From an uncultured Gammaproteobacteria bacterium (lineage in GTDB: Bacteria > Patescibacteriota > Patescibacteriia > Patescibacteriales > UBA12075), in assembly GCA_964459725.1 (NCBI GenBank), contig CAYWNT010000001.1, positions 27,529 to 91,528 on the forward strand: a stretch of 64,000 nucleotides of DNA, read 5' to 3'. Within the stretch, counting starts at the first letter, position 1, and each line of letters begins with the position of its first letter. The position numbers and the translations under genes were made by a program. This document shows, piece after piece, positions 5,917 to 14,787 of the stretch. Under the pieces are notes generated by a model. That model was not told where the DNA came from, ran no database searches, and worked only from the letters and a program-made list of their open reading frames with translations.

Positions 5917-8547
5917 ATGAAATTGTCAAAAACATACGATCCGTCTTTGTGCGAGGATGAAATTTATAAGAAATGGGAAGAATCAGGGTTTTTTAATCCT
6001 GATAATTTGGATTTACCAGAAGATGCGCCAACATATACTATAGTTTTACCACCACCAAATATTACTGATAAGCTCCACTTGGGGCATTCTTCAATGCTGG
6101 CTATTGAGGATTTATTGATTCGATTTCATAGAATGAGCGGATATCGAGCTCTCTGGTTGCCTGGTACTGATCATGCTGCTATTGCTACTCAGAATGTAGT
6201 TGAGAAAAAGCTTTTAAAAGAGGAGAAATTGTCTCGTCATGATTTGGGTCGGGAGAAATTCTTGGAGCGTGTTTGGGAGTTCCTGGAAGAAACTCAATCA
6301 ACAATCCTGCATCAGACAAGGAAGATGGGATCATCTCTGGATTGGTCACGAACAGCTTTTACACTAGATAAGGAAAGAGAGGCGGCAGTCAAGAGAATGT
6401 TTGTCGATATGTATAATGAAAAAGTCATATATCAGGGAGAGAGAATAGTAAATTGGTGTCCTAGATGTCACTCAACACTTGCTGATGATGAGGTGGAATA
6501 TAAGGAACAATCAGCAAAAATTTATACTTTCAAATATTCAGATGACTTTCCTTTTACCATTGCTACCACTAGACCGGAAACAAAGTTGGGAGATACGGCT
6601 GTGGCGGTTAATCCGAAAGACAAGAGATACAAAGAATACATTGGTAAGACTTTTGAAGTTGATTTTTGCGGAGTAGAGCTGAATCTAACAGTTATAGCTG
6701 ACAGAGAAGTAGATATGGAGTTTGGAACTGGAGCTCTGGGTGTGACTCCGGCTCACTCTATGGTTGACTGGAAGATGGCAGAGGAAAATAACCTGGAAAT
6801 TATCAAGGTAATAGATGAGAGTGGAAATATCCATGACGGTTTTGGTGATTTTTCCGGGAAGACTGTTTTAGAGGCTAGAGAAATGATAGTGAAGGAACTA
6901 AAGAAGAGAAACTTAATGGAAAAGGAAGAAGAAATAGATAATAACCTCTCGATTTGTTATAGGTGTGATACGCCAATTGAACCTCTACCTTCAAAACAAT
7001 GGTTTATTGATGTAGATAGAAAATTAGACAGACTCGGAGGTAAATCTATGAAAGAGAAGGCGATTGAAGTTGCTGAAAAAAATGAAGTACAATTTGTTCC
7101 GCATAGATTTGCCAAGAGATACATAGACTGGATGTCCAATCTTCATAATTGGTGCATCAGTCGTCAGATTTGGTTTGGACACAGGATTCCTGCCTGGAAA
7201 AAAGGTGGGGAGATTTATGTAGGTGAAAATCCTCCAGAAGGGGAAGGTTGGGTGCAGGACGAAGATTCGCTCGATACTTGGTTTTCTTCTGGCATGTGGA
7301 CTTTTTCAACTCTAGGCTGGCCGGATGCTTTTGAGAATGGAGAAAAATCTGGGGACTTAAAAAAGTTCCACCCAACCCAAGTTTTAGAAACCGGTTATGA
7401 AATACTGACTCTCTGGGTGTCCAGAATGATAATGATGTCTTTGTTTGCTGTCGGGGAGATTCCTTTTGAAAATGTTTATTTACATGGGATGGTCTTGGAC
7501 AAAAATGGCAAGAAGATGAGTAAGTCAAAGGGTAATGGAATTGATCCTTTGGATGTGATCGATAAGTATGGAACGGATGCTACCAGATTATCTCTCTTGA
7601 TCGGCTCTACGCCTGGAAATGATGTTCGTTTCTACGAAGAAAAGATAGAAGGTTATAGAAACTTTGTTAACAAACTATGGAATGTTTCCAGATTCATACT
7701 CCAAACGATAGAAGACAAAGGACAAGACAGTATCTTAGAAGTTAAGCAAGAGGAATATTCGATGTCTGATTTATGGATTTTGGAAAAGATGAGAGGAGTG
7801 ATTAAGGACACAAAAAAGGATATAAAAGAATACAATTTTTCTCAAGCCGGAGAAAGACTCACAAGTTTTACCAGGGATGATTTAGCGGATTGGTTCCTGG
7901 AGGCGTCAAAATTTGAAGATAACGAAAACAAAAGCATGGTCTTGATGAAGATTTTGAAGGACCTGCTTAGACTGTGGCATCCTTTTATACCTTTTGTAAC
8001 GGAAAAGATTTGGGAAGAGATGGGAGAGGACAAGTTCCTCATGGTTAGTCAGATGCCGAAAGAAAAAGATTATGAAGAAATTCTTGGAAGCGCAGATAAG
8101 CAGAATGAAGATTTTGAGATTATAAAAGAAATTATTGTTGCGATTCGAAATGCTAGAGCTGAAAACAAAGTTGAGCCAGCAAAAAAGGTTAAAGCAATGG
8201 TTTACGCTGGTAAGCATAAAGAATTAATAGAATCTCAAGAAGTTTTAATAAAGAGTCTTAGAACCGGGATTGAAGAAATTGAAATAATCGACAAGAATGA
8301 GGATCAGAATGACTCTATCAAGGTTGTTGTGGGAGATATTGAGATTTACTTGCTTGGCGCTATAGACAAAGAAAAAGAAGCAGAGCGAATAAAAAAGGAG
8401 GTTGAAAATTTGGAAAAAGTTATAAAAGGAATCGAGGGGAAACTAAATAATAAACAATTTGTAGAGAGAGCTCCAGGGGAAGTGGTTGAAAAAGAGAAAG
8501 AAAGACTAAAAAAATTCAAAGAGGAGTTAAATAATATTACAAGTTAG
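5917..8547 (+). CDS. valS: Valine--tRNA ligase
   Basis: 876 aa with class I motifs PNITDKLHLGH (HIGH) and KMSKSKGN (KMSKS), a CP1 editing region and a C-terminal coiled coil. Confidence 0.95.
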   Translation: MKLSKTYDPSLCEDEIYKKWEESGFFNPDNLDLPEDAPTYTIVLPPPNITDKLHLGHSSMLAIEDLLIRFHRMSGYRALWLPGTDHAAIATQNVVEKKLLKEEKLSRHDLGREKFLERVWEFLEETQSTILHQTRKMGSSLDWSRTAFTLDKEREAAVKRMFVDMYNEKVIYQGERIVNWCPRCHSTLADDEVEYKEQSAKIYTFKYSDDFPFTIATTRPETKLGDTAVAVNPKDKRYKEYIGKTFEVDFCGVELNLTVIADREVDMEFGTGALGVTPAHSMVDWKMAEENNLEIIKVIDESGNIHDGFGDFSGKTVLEAREMIVKELKKRNLMEKEEEIDNNLSICYRCDTPIEPLPSKQWFIDVDRKLDRLGGKSMKEKAIEVAEKNEVQFVPHRFAKRYIDWMSNLHNWCISRQIWFGHRIPAWKKGGEIYVGENPPEGEGWVQDEDSLDTWFSSGMWTFSTLGWPDAFENGEKSGDLKKFHPTQVLETGYEILTLWVSRMIMMSLFAVGEIPFENVYLHGMVLDKNGKKMSKSKGNGIDPLDVIDKYGTDATRLSLLIGSTPGNDVRFYEEKIEGYRNFVNKLWNVSRFILQTIEDKGQDSILEVKQEEYSMSDLWILEKMRGVIKDTKKDIKEYNFSQAGERLTSFTRDDLADWFLEASKFEDNENKSMVLMKILKDLLRLWHPFIPFVTEKIWEEMGEDKFLMVSQMPKEKDYEEILGSADKQNEDFEIIKEIIVAIRNARAENKVEPAKKVKAMVYAGKHKELIESQEVLIKSLRTGIEEIEIIDKNEDQNDSIKVVVGDIEIYLLGAIDKEKEAERIKKEVENLEKVIKGIEGKLNNKQFVERAPGEVVEKEKERLKKFKEELNNITS

Positions 8548-8724
8548 TTGTTAAAATATATTCAAAGAGCTGTCAGTTTTCTAAAATATAATATTTATAG
8601 AAGTGAGCTAGCGCAGCCCCGCCTTATTGGCGGATCGTAAATTGAGCAAAAGAAACACTTGCTTAGTAATTACGTTTTAAAAATTATTTAATATTAAATT
8701 CCTTTATAGGATAATTAAAAAAGT

Positions 8725-9795
8725 ATGAGTAAAATTGAAATTTTAAATCAATATCCTTTTTTGGGGTATGAATTATACGGGAATAGTGTCTTGGATTATT
8801 TGATTGTGATTGGTGTGTTTTTATTGTCTGTAATTGTTTTGAATATTTTCAAAACAATAATCGTATCAAGGATTAAAAAATTGGCAGAAAAAACAAAATC
8901 AGAACTTGATGATATTATCATTAACGCCATCAATGCAATTCATTGGCCGTTTTATGTTTTTGTTTCTATTTACTTTGCCCTTCGATTTTTAAGTATTAAT
9001 GAAAAAGTAGATAAAATATTTTTTTACATATTTTTGGTCGCTGTTGTGTACTATGCGATAAAGTTTGTTGATGAAATGATAAATTTTGGTATTAAATTTG
9101 TTGTTAAATCAAAGGAAGGGGAAGACACTACAATTGTTAAGCTGGTTGGAACTGTGGCTAAGATTTTGTTGTGGGTTGGAGCGATTATGCTGGTGTTATC
9201 AAATATGGGAATCAATGTTACTTCAATAATAGCTGGAATGGGAATAGGTGGTATTGCCATAGCTCTTGCCCTTCAGAATGTGTTAGGAGACCTCTTTAGT
9301 TCGCTTTCAATTTACTTTGATAAGCCTTTTAAGACCGGAGACTATATCGCATTGGGAACTAGCTCTGGCACTGTAAAGAAAGTCGGACTGAAAACTACCA
9401 GAGTTGAGACACCTCAAGGTGAAGAATTAGTTATAGCAAATTCAGAACTTACCAAGGCACAGCTAAGCAATTTTGGTGTAATGAAAAGGAGACGAACTAC
9501 ATTTAATATCGGAGTAACATATGACACCCCAGTAGAAAAATTAAAAAAGATTCCAGATCTTATAAAGGAAATTATAGAGAGACATGGTCAGATGACAGAG
9601 GTGGCTAGAATTCACTTTACTACTTTTGGAGATTTCAGCTTGATTTTTGCTGTTGTTTATTATGTAAATAGCGGAAGCTATGACGACTTTGCTGATATTC
9701 AAGAAAATATCAACTTTAAAATACTGGAAAAGTTTGAAGAAGAAAAAATAGAAATGGCATTCCCTACACAGACTTTACATGTGAAGAAGGATTAG
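8725..9795 (+). CDS. Mechanosensitive ion channel, MscS family
   Basis: 356 aa with N-terminal TM helices, then GIGGIAIALALQNVLGDLFSSLSIYFDKPFKTGDYI (the pore helix/beta-domain signature of MscS). Confidence 0.85.
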   Translation: MSKIEILNQYPFLGYELYGNSVLDYLIVIGVFLLSVIVLNIFKTIIVSRIKKLAEKTKSELDDIIINAINAIHWPFYVFVSIYFALRFLSINEKVDKIFFYIFLVAVVYYAIKFVDEMINFGIKFVVKSKEGEDTTIVKLVGTVAKILLWVGAIMLVLSNMGINVTSIIAGMGIGGIAIALALQNVLGDLFSSLSIYFDKPFKTGDYIALGTSSGTVKKVGLKTTRVETPQGEELVIANSELTKAQLSNFGVMKRRRTTFNIGVTYDTPVEKLKKIPDLIKEIIERHGQMTEVARIHFTTFGDFSLIFAVVYYVNSGSYDDFADIQENINFKILEKFEEEKIEMAFPTQTLHVKKD

Positions 9796-9824
9796 ATCTT
9801 TAAAACATAAAAAAGGAGGAAACA

Positions 9825-10022
9825 GTGAAAACTTGCAACATTTTTAAGTATTTTGGCCTTTTGTTGTCAATTATTGGTATTGTTTTGTTATTTACTGAAT
9901 TTGAAAATTTTGCCATATATTCTTCTGCGGCAGGACTGGTATCGATTTTTATTGGGTATCGTATTTATTTAAGAAGTGAAAAAGAATTTAAGCCAATACT
10001 TGAGCTAAGAGATAGTTCGTAA
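9825..10022 (+). CDS. Small membrane protein
   Basis: 65 aa with GTG start, preceded by the strong SD aaaaaggagga. Two hydrophobic helices. Confidence 0.45.
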   Translation: MKTCNIFKYFGLLLSIIGIVLLFTEFENFAIYSSAAGLVSIFIGYRIYLRSEKEFKPILELRDSS

Positions 10023-10088
10023 TGTTGTCATTGGCATATCTTCTAAAATATTTTGCATAAAGCACAAAAACTCTTTGAAAAAGTAAGC

Positions 10089-10123
10089 GGGGTTTCGATA
10101 GAAAATCGAAGCCCCCTTTTTTT
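10089..10123 (+). terminator. Rho-independent terminator (copy 1 of a duplicated terminator-promoter cassette)
   Basis: 11-bp stem ggggtttcgat/atcgaagcccc followed by a T-run. Confidence 0.75.
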
Positions 10124-10136
10124 AATAATTTTTTAT

Positions 10137-10165
10137 TTGTATGAATTTTTTTCGTAATGTATAAT
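10137..10165 (+). promoter_or_regulatory. Extended -10 promoter (copy 1 of the cassette), drives the yvcK-like gene
   Basis: TTGTAT 10137-10142, a 17-nt spacer ending in TG, TATAAT 10160-10165. Confidence 0.6.
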
Positions 10166-10199
10166 AGAAACATAAAAATTCAGTATTTTATCAATACTT

Positions 10200-11159
10200 A
10201 TGCCAATAAAAATAACAACTATAGGCGGTGGTTCTGGTCAGTTTGTTTTGCTCTCTGCGCTTAGAGATATTAAGAATATAGAAATCAAGGCCATAGTTTC
10301 TATGGTTGATAGCGGTGGGAGTACAGGACGTCTCAGAGATGAATTTGGAGTTCTTCCTCCGGGGGATGTTTTGAAGTGTATATTGGCATTGTCTTCAAAT
10401 AGAGAGTCGGCCAGAAAGATTCTGCAAAAAAGATTTACAGGGCCTGGTAGATTAGCCGGGCATAATTCGGGTAACATGCTGCTTACTATTCTTTCCCAGT
10501 ACGCTGGTAGTTTCCCAGACGGAATAAAAGCGCTGGGAGAAGTGCTGGGAGCAAGGGGAGAAGTGTTGCCGGTTACTACCGACAAGGCAACACTGGTAGC
10601 TGAGCTTACAGATGGAAGCCGTCTCTATGGCGAATCAGCGATAGATGTTCCACGAGGGATGCAGAGAGAAAAGATAAAAAAGACTTACCTTGTTCCACAT
10701 CATTCAGACACCATCAAAGTCTATTTGCCTGTTATTGGGGCCATCAAAGATTCGGATTATATTATTCTGGGACCAGGAGATCTCTATACCAGCATCATTC
10801 CAAATTTATTGGTAGAGGGAGTCAAAGAGGCCATCAAAAAAACTAAAGCAAAGATTATCTATATTTCAAATCTGATGACCAAGTTTGGCGAGACTGATAA
10901 TTTTACTGGAAAAGATTTTGTAATAGAAATAGAAAAAGCAATTAATCGAAAAGTTGATATTGTTATATTTAATTCAACATGCCCAAGCAAAAGTATCCTT
11001 TCCGACTACTCTGAACAAAAAGCAAGATTGGTGGAAATGCCAAAAGAAGATAAATGGGGAGACAGGGAAACAATAAGAAAAGATATTCTAAATATAACCG
11101 GAAACATAATTCGTCATGATGAGAAAAAATTAGGAGAATTGATAGAATCTATTTTATAG
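10200..11159 (+). CDS. yvcK: YvcK/CofD-like protein (UPF0052 gluconeogenesis-factor family)
   Basis: 319 aa. The N-terminal sequence TIGGGSGQFVLLSAL...IVSMVDSGGSTGRLRDEFGVLPPGD is typical of the family. Confidence 0.8.
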   Translation: MPIKITTIGGGSGQFVLLSALRDIKNIEIKAIVSMVDSGGSTGRLRDEFGVLPPGDVLKCILALSSNRESARKILQKRFTGPGRLAGHNSGNMLLTILSQYAGSFPDGIKALGEVLGARGEVLPVTTDKATLVAELTDGSRLYGESAIDVPRGMQREKIKKTYLVPHHSDTIKVYLPVIGAIKDSDYIILGPGDLYTSIIPNLLVEGVKEAIKKTKAKIIYISNLMTKFGETDNFTGKDFVIEIEKAINRKVDIVIFNSTCPSKSILSDYSEQKARLVEMPKEDKWGDRETIRKDILNITGNIIRHDEKKLGELIESIL

Positions 11160-11191
11160 TTTAAAAATATTAAAAATTAATATAAAAAGAC

Positions 11192-11222
11192 AAAAGTGAG
11201 GCTATAATGGCTTCATTTTTTA
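11192..11222 (+). terminator. Rho-independent terminator
   Basis: Stem tgaggc/gcttca (one G-U pair) followed by ttttttat. Confidence 0.5.
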
Positions 11223-11233
11223 TTTCTATGCAG

Positions 11234-11261
11234 TTGACAAAAATTTGATTTGTGATATTAT
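11234..11261 (+). promoter_or_regulatory. Sigma70-type promoter for the PEP-CTERM protein gene
   Basis: TTGACA 11234-11239, a 16-nt spacer ending in TGa, TATTAT 11256-11261. Confidence 0.55.
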
Positions 11262-11365
11262 ACTTTGATGTTCTTTTTATTAAAAATAAATAAGGAGGTA
11301 ATTAAAAAGAAAAAGAGAGTAAGCAAAAGCAAGAAACCACTAAAATTACTTAAGGAGAATTGTTA

Positions 11366-12112
11366 ATGAAAAAGCTCATCATTATTACGTCAGTTGTTTT
11401 ATCTATTTTCTTATTGTCGTATGCGGTAAGTGCTTCCACTCTTTTAACCGAGGATTGGGAAGGCGGCATTGACTTAAGTGTTTGGAGATCCTGGGGGAGC
11501 CCTACCTCAACCCTGGAAAGCGGACCAGATTCGCTCGGACTTAATTCATTTCGCCCCAATGGCGATTCGAACTACGAAAGTGGTGTTGTCAGCTTGAATT
11601 CTTTCGATGTCACACCAGGCCTTCAGGTTTCTTTTTCCTCAATGAGAAGAAGAATCACGACACATTATAACTTTAATGTTGTGTCACTAACCACCTCTGA
11701 TCCCACAACTTTTGGCAACTCTACTGCTTTCTATCATGGACGTATTGGTCCTTATATTATGCACTCAGGAGAAACTGCAAATGGTGTTGGCGCCAAGCTT
11801 GCTGATGGTAACCCTTGGCAGAATGGAGTTAATGTAATTTCAGAATCCAGCATTGGAGAATGGATAGACTATATGTTCCAATTTAATGCTGATGGATCTG
11901 TCGGATATTTCCAGAATGGAATTCTCGCCCACACAACTGAAGCTGATTTTATTGATTACGCTACCGCCCCCGATGTGCACCTGGTTGTTGCCGGACGAGG
12001 CAACGGATTGATGGAAAGTATTTCAGTTACTCAGGCTGTTCCAGAACCTGCCAGCATGCTTCTTATCGGTTCCGGTCTCGCCGGACTTCTTGGTTTACGT
12101 CGGAAGAAATAA
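11366..12112 (+). CDS. Secreted protein with a C-terminal PEP-CTERM sorting signal
   Basis: The start is moved to ATG 11366 (SD aaggaga). Signal peptide MKKLIIITSVVLSIFLLSYAVSAS. The C-terminus VPEPASMLLIGSGLAGLLGLRRKK is a PEP motif plus a TM helix plus a basic tail. Confidence 0.8.
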   Translation: MKKLIIITSVVLSIFLLSYAVSASTLLTEDWEGGIDLSVWRSWGSPTSTLESGPDSLGLNSFRPNGDSNYESGVVSLNSFDVTPGLQVSFSSMRRRITTHYNFNVVSLTTSDPTTFGNSTAFYHGRIGPYIMHSGETANGVGAKLADGNPWQNGVNVISESSIGEWIDYMFQFNADGSVGYFQNGILAHTTEADFIDYATAPDVHLVVAGRGNGLMESISVTQAVPEPASMLLIGSGLAGLLGLRRKK

Positions 12113-12154
12113 ACTCCGACAAGATGTAAAAAATATCATAAAAATCTAATGATA

Positions 12155-12188
12155 GGCACGGAGTAATTATATTCCGTGCCTTTTTTTA
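12155..12188 (+). terminator. Rho-independent terminator
   Basis: Stem ggcacgga/tccgtgcc followed by tttttttat. Confidence 0.75.
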
Positions 12189-12328
12189 TTCGATTTTCCA
12201 ATATTAGACAAATAAAATTTATTATCTTTGTTTTGCAGTATTTTTGATTTTTTAAATTGTTGCAAAAGAGGAGGAATACAAGTAACACATCTCCTATTTT
12301 TTCAGGAGAGCTTTTTTTCATTTTTTGG

Positions 12329-12357
12329 TTGACTTTTTTTAAAAACAGTGGTATACT
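12329..12357 (+). promoter_or_regulatory. Extended -10 promoter for small paralog A
   Basis: TTGACT 12329-12334, a 17-nt spacer ending in TGg, TATACT 12352-12357. Confidence 0.6.
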
Positions 12358-12439
12358 AATTAACAGAAATTTTCGAGGAAGATAAAAATTGTTAAAAAAG
12401 CACTTTTACATACAAAAACACCTTTTAAGGAGGCATCTT

Positions 12440-12709
12440 ATGAATAAGGGCATAAAACCCAAACAACTTTATTCGTTCTCAGATGTCTTTTATTACCCTC
12501 CTAGGGATATTAGTGGCATATGGGAAACGGTAAGATTAAACAGAATGAATAAGTGGGAATTAGTGCGGCGTCATAGTACTAATCCAGGAGAGCCGGTTGG
12601 AAAAAAGATTTTAGTTAAAAATGGTTTAATTCGAATGTTGGGTCGTAGAATCGGCAAAGAAGAAATGGAAAAAATAATGTTGAATGCAAAAAACGAAAAA
12701 GAGGTGTGA
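12440..12709 (+). CDS. Small hypothetical protein, paralog A (SGIWET / W-LVRR family)
   Basis: The start is moved to ATG 12440, behind SD aaggagg. It shares QL(Y/F)SF, SGIWET, W.LVRR.S and PVG motifs with 12935-13207. Confidence 0.6.
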   Translation: MNKGIKPKQLYSFSDVFYYPPRDISGIWETVRLNRMNKWELVRRHSTNPGEPVGKKILVKNGLIRMLGRRIGKEEMEKIMLNAKNEKEV

Positions 12710-12759
12710 ATTTCATATCAAATATAAATAAGTCGAGATATTTATGTTTGGTGTAAAAA

Positions 12760-12789
12760 AAAGATCTAGCTAAACGCCAGGTCTTTTTT
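12760..12789 (+). terminator. Rho-independent terminator
   Basis: Stem aaagatct/aggtcttt (one G-U pair) followed by a T-run. Confidence 0.5.
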
Positions 12790-12807
12790 ATTTGTTGGGG
12801 AAGTAAC

Positions 12808-12835
12808 TTGACTTTTAGTAAAAAAAATGTAAATA
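12808..12835 (+). promoter_or_regulatory. Candidate promoter for small paralog B
   Basis: TTGACT 12808-12813, a 16-nt spacer, TAAATA 12830-12835. Confidence 0.35.
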
Positions 12836-12934
12836 TGCATTGAGATTCATTACAATAAGCTTAAACAAGAAAAAAGAAGAAAATAAAATAATTTTTAGTT
12901 TTTTAATGCTAATTATTGTCAAAGAGGTGCTTTT

Positions 12935-13207
12935 ATGGGTGTAGATATTAAACTTAACCAGTTATTTTCTTTTCCAGACGGCAAAACTCATCCAGACAAA
13001 AATTTTAGTGGCATATGGGAAACAACAGAAGTGACAAGTTTGCATGACCCATCGAAAACCAGATGGAGGTTAGTGCGGCGTTTAAGTGTCGATACAGAAG
13101 CGCCTGTTGGGGAGTCATTGTCTCTTCCTCCAAAAGTGATTGAGTTATTTGCTTACCGAGTTGATCGAAAAGCATTGGTTGGTACACCATTGAGCAATAA
13201 AAAATAA
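12935..13207 (+). CDS. Small hypothetical protein, paralog B (SGIWET / W-LVRR family)
   Basis: 90 aa with SD-like aaagagg. Motif-level similarity to 12440-12709. Confidence 0.6.
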   Translation: MGVDIKLNQLFSFPDGKTHPDKNFSGIWETTEVTSLHDPSKTRWRLVRRLSVDTEAPVGESLSLPPKVIELFAYRVDRKALVGTPLSNKK

Positions 13208-13241
13208 GTTATTGCATGTGTAAAAAGGGGAGGTAGAAACA

Positions 13242-13331
13242 ATGTGTATACAATATCATATTATGGTTTGGGCTGTTGCCTTAGCGCTTATGGGGCATGA
13301 ATTCCCAGCGGTTCCGATTGGCATCTGGTAG
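13242..13331 (+). CDS. Candidate 29-aa hydrophobic micro-protein
   Basis: ATG 13242 is preceded by the strong SD aaaggggagg at optimal spacing. The peptide is MCIQYHIMVWAVALALMGHEFPAVPIGIW. It falls below the ORF-track cutoff. Confidence 0.3.
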   Translation: MCIQYHIMVWAVALALMGHEFPAVPIGIW

Positions 13332-13373
13332 CAAAATAAAAAGAAAAACTTCTTTTTGAAAAATAAGAATAAA

Positions 13374-13404
13374 GGGTTCTCGATAAATATCGAAGCCCTT
13401 TTTT
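13374..13404 (+). terminator. Rho-independent terminator (copy 2 of the cassette)
   Basis: Hairpin gggttctcgat/atcgaagccc followed by a T-run. Near-identical to 10089-10123. Confidence 0.65.
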
Positions 13405-13406
13405 AT

Positions 13407-13435
13407 TTGTATGAATTTTTTTCGCAATGTATAAT
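13407..13435 (+). promoter_or_regulatory. Extended -10 promoter (copy 2 of the cassette)
   Basis: TTGTAT 13407-13412, a 17-nt spacer ending in TG, TATAAT 13430-13435. The ATG at 13442 lies 6 nt after the -10. Confidence 0.6.
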
Positions 13436-13441
13436 AAAAAT

Positions 13442-14779
13442 ATGAAAAGTTTAGATAATAATATAGCACAATTGAATAATCAGGAGGATATAAAACGAGC
13501 AAGAAAAGAATCGCGTCAAAAAGAAGGCAAGGAAAGCTTGGTTGAGAGGGCAGCTTTAGCGATTAGTAATCTTGTTAGCGGGTCTAAGTCAGAAGATTGG
13601 CCGGTAATTTATGATACACCCTTCGTAAAGGATGCAAAAAGCAAAAAAGACAAGAAAAAGATTACCAGAAGAGGGTTTTTGAAAATGGCTGCTGCTGTTG
13701 GGGTTGTTGGTGCTGGGGCTACAGTGGCTACTAATCCTTTAGCTAGAGCTGCGATCAAGGAGGTTTTGGGAGATCGGGGAATTGAAGAAGAGGACATAGC
13801 AGAAGATGAGATGTTCCTTGATAGTGAATTTTTTGATGAAGATCTAGAGAAGGACTGGGAAAAAAGTAAAAACTTATTTTCAAAAGAAGAGATAGCCGAC
13901 ATTATTAAAGGAAAAATTTCATTATTCAAGCAAAAAAGAGAAATGTCTTCAGTGAAAGAGGTGTTTGATGTAAAGAAAGCGGGAAAAGTTAAGGTAGTTC
14001 CTGGGGCAAAAGAAAAGATTTTTAATTATTGGGAGGATAAATACAAAAATGACCCTGTAAAGAGCAGGGATTTTGAAAATGGATTTAAGAAAGGTCAAAA
14101 GTGGAGCAAGGGAGCAAAAACAGTTTTTGAGGTAGTGGGAGCGCCGGCTGATTTAAGTCACTTGGCAATTGCGGAGTCATATTGGGAGCTAAATGCATTT
14201 TCAGGGGTTGCTTATGGCCCCTATTAGTTTACGAGAAAAACCGCCGACATGTATAGACTTAAAAATAGGGCAAATCCTTATGAGAGTGCTAGAGCTTGCG
14301 CTGAATGCTTGAAAGATTTATATAAAGCAACAGGAGATTGGGATTTAGCATTGAGCGGATATAATGGTGGTTATATTTGGGGGTACTTGAAAGATGCCAA
14401 ACAGAAAAAACAAAAACTATCATTTGATAATTTTTTGGTTTATTTGGCTGATTATCTAAATAATTATCATGAAAAAGTGCAAAAAATGGATAGTGTAATG
14501 TATCGGGTGAAGAGAGGAGATAATCTAAGTGCTATTTCAAAAAATTACTCAATTGATATGGATAAGTTGGCAGAAATGAATAAAATAAAAGATTCGAGTG
14601 ATATTAAGATAGGTCAAAAAATAAAAATACCGCCAACGAAAGATATTAGAGAAAAAATGGTGAAAAAGAAGTTTGCTCAGATACATCAAAACGCTGAATA
14701 CGCTGCAAAAGTAACTGCCGCCATAAAAAGAGCACAAGAAATGGAATCGGAGAACTTGAAATTCGCTAGTCTAAAATAG
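13442..14779 (+). pseudogene. LysM-domain lytic transglycosylase (SLT/GH23) interrupted by one in-frame TAG (14225-14227)
   Basis: ORFs 13427-14227 and 14249-14779 are in the same frame. Across the stop the SLT motif reads AESYWELNAFSGVAYGPY*FTRKTADMY, with the stop where the conserved Gln of GLMQ belongs. Downstream come the YNGG motif and a LysM repeat (YRVKRGDNLSAISKNY...IKIGQKIKIP). A Tat-like TRRGFLK sits at residues 80-86 of the track ORF. Confidence 0.6.
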
Positions 14780-14787
14780 TTATTTCT

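Noticed and set aside
12136-13502. Minus-strand ORFs 12136-12321, 13005-13190 and 13281-13502
   Set aside because: They span terminators and promoters, or lie antisense to the small paralog genes. They have AT-rich low-complexity products and no translation signals.
13427-14779. Genome-wide stop-codon reassignment (TAG->Gln as in some phages, or TGA->Gly as in Gracilibacteria/Absconditabacteria) as the explanation for the in-frame TAG
   Set aside because: TAG cleanly terminates highly conserved genes here (valS at 8545-8547, the MscS-family gene at 9793-9795). TGA terminates others (4780-4782, 25868-25870, cheB at 43415-43417). A full-length RF2 gene is also present. The single TAG is better treated as a local event.
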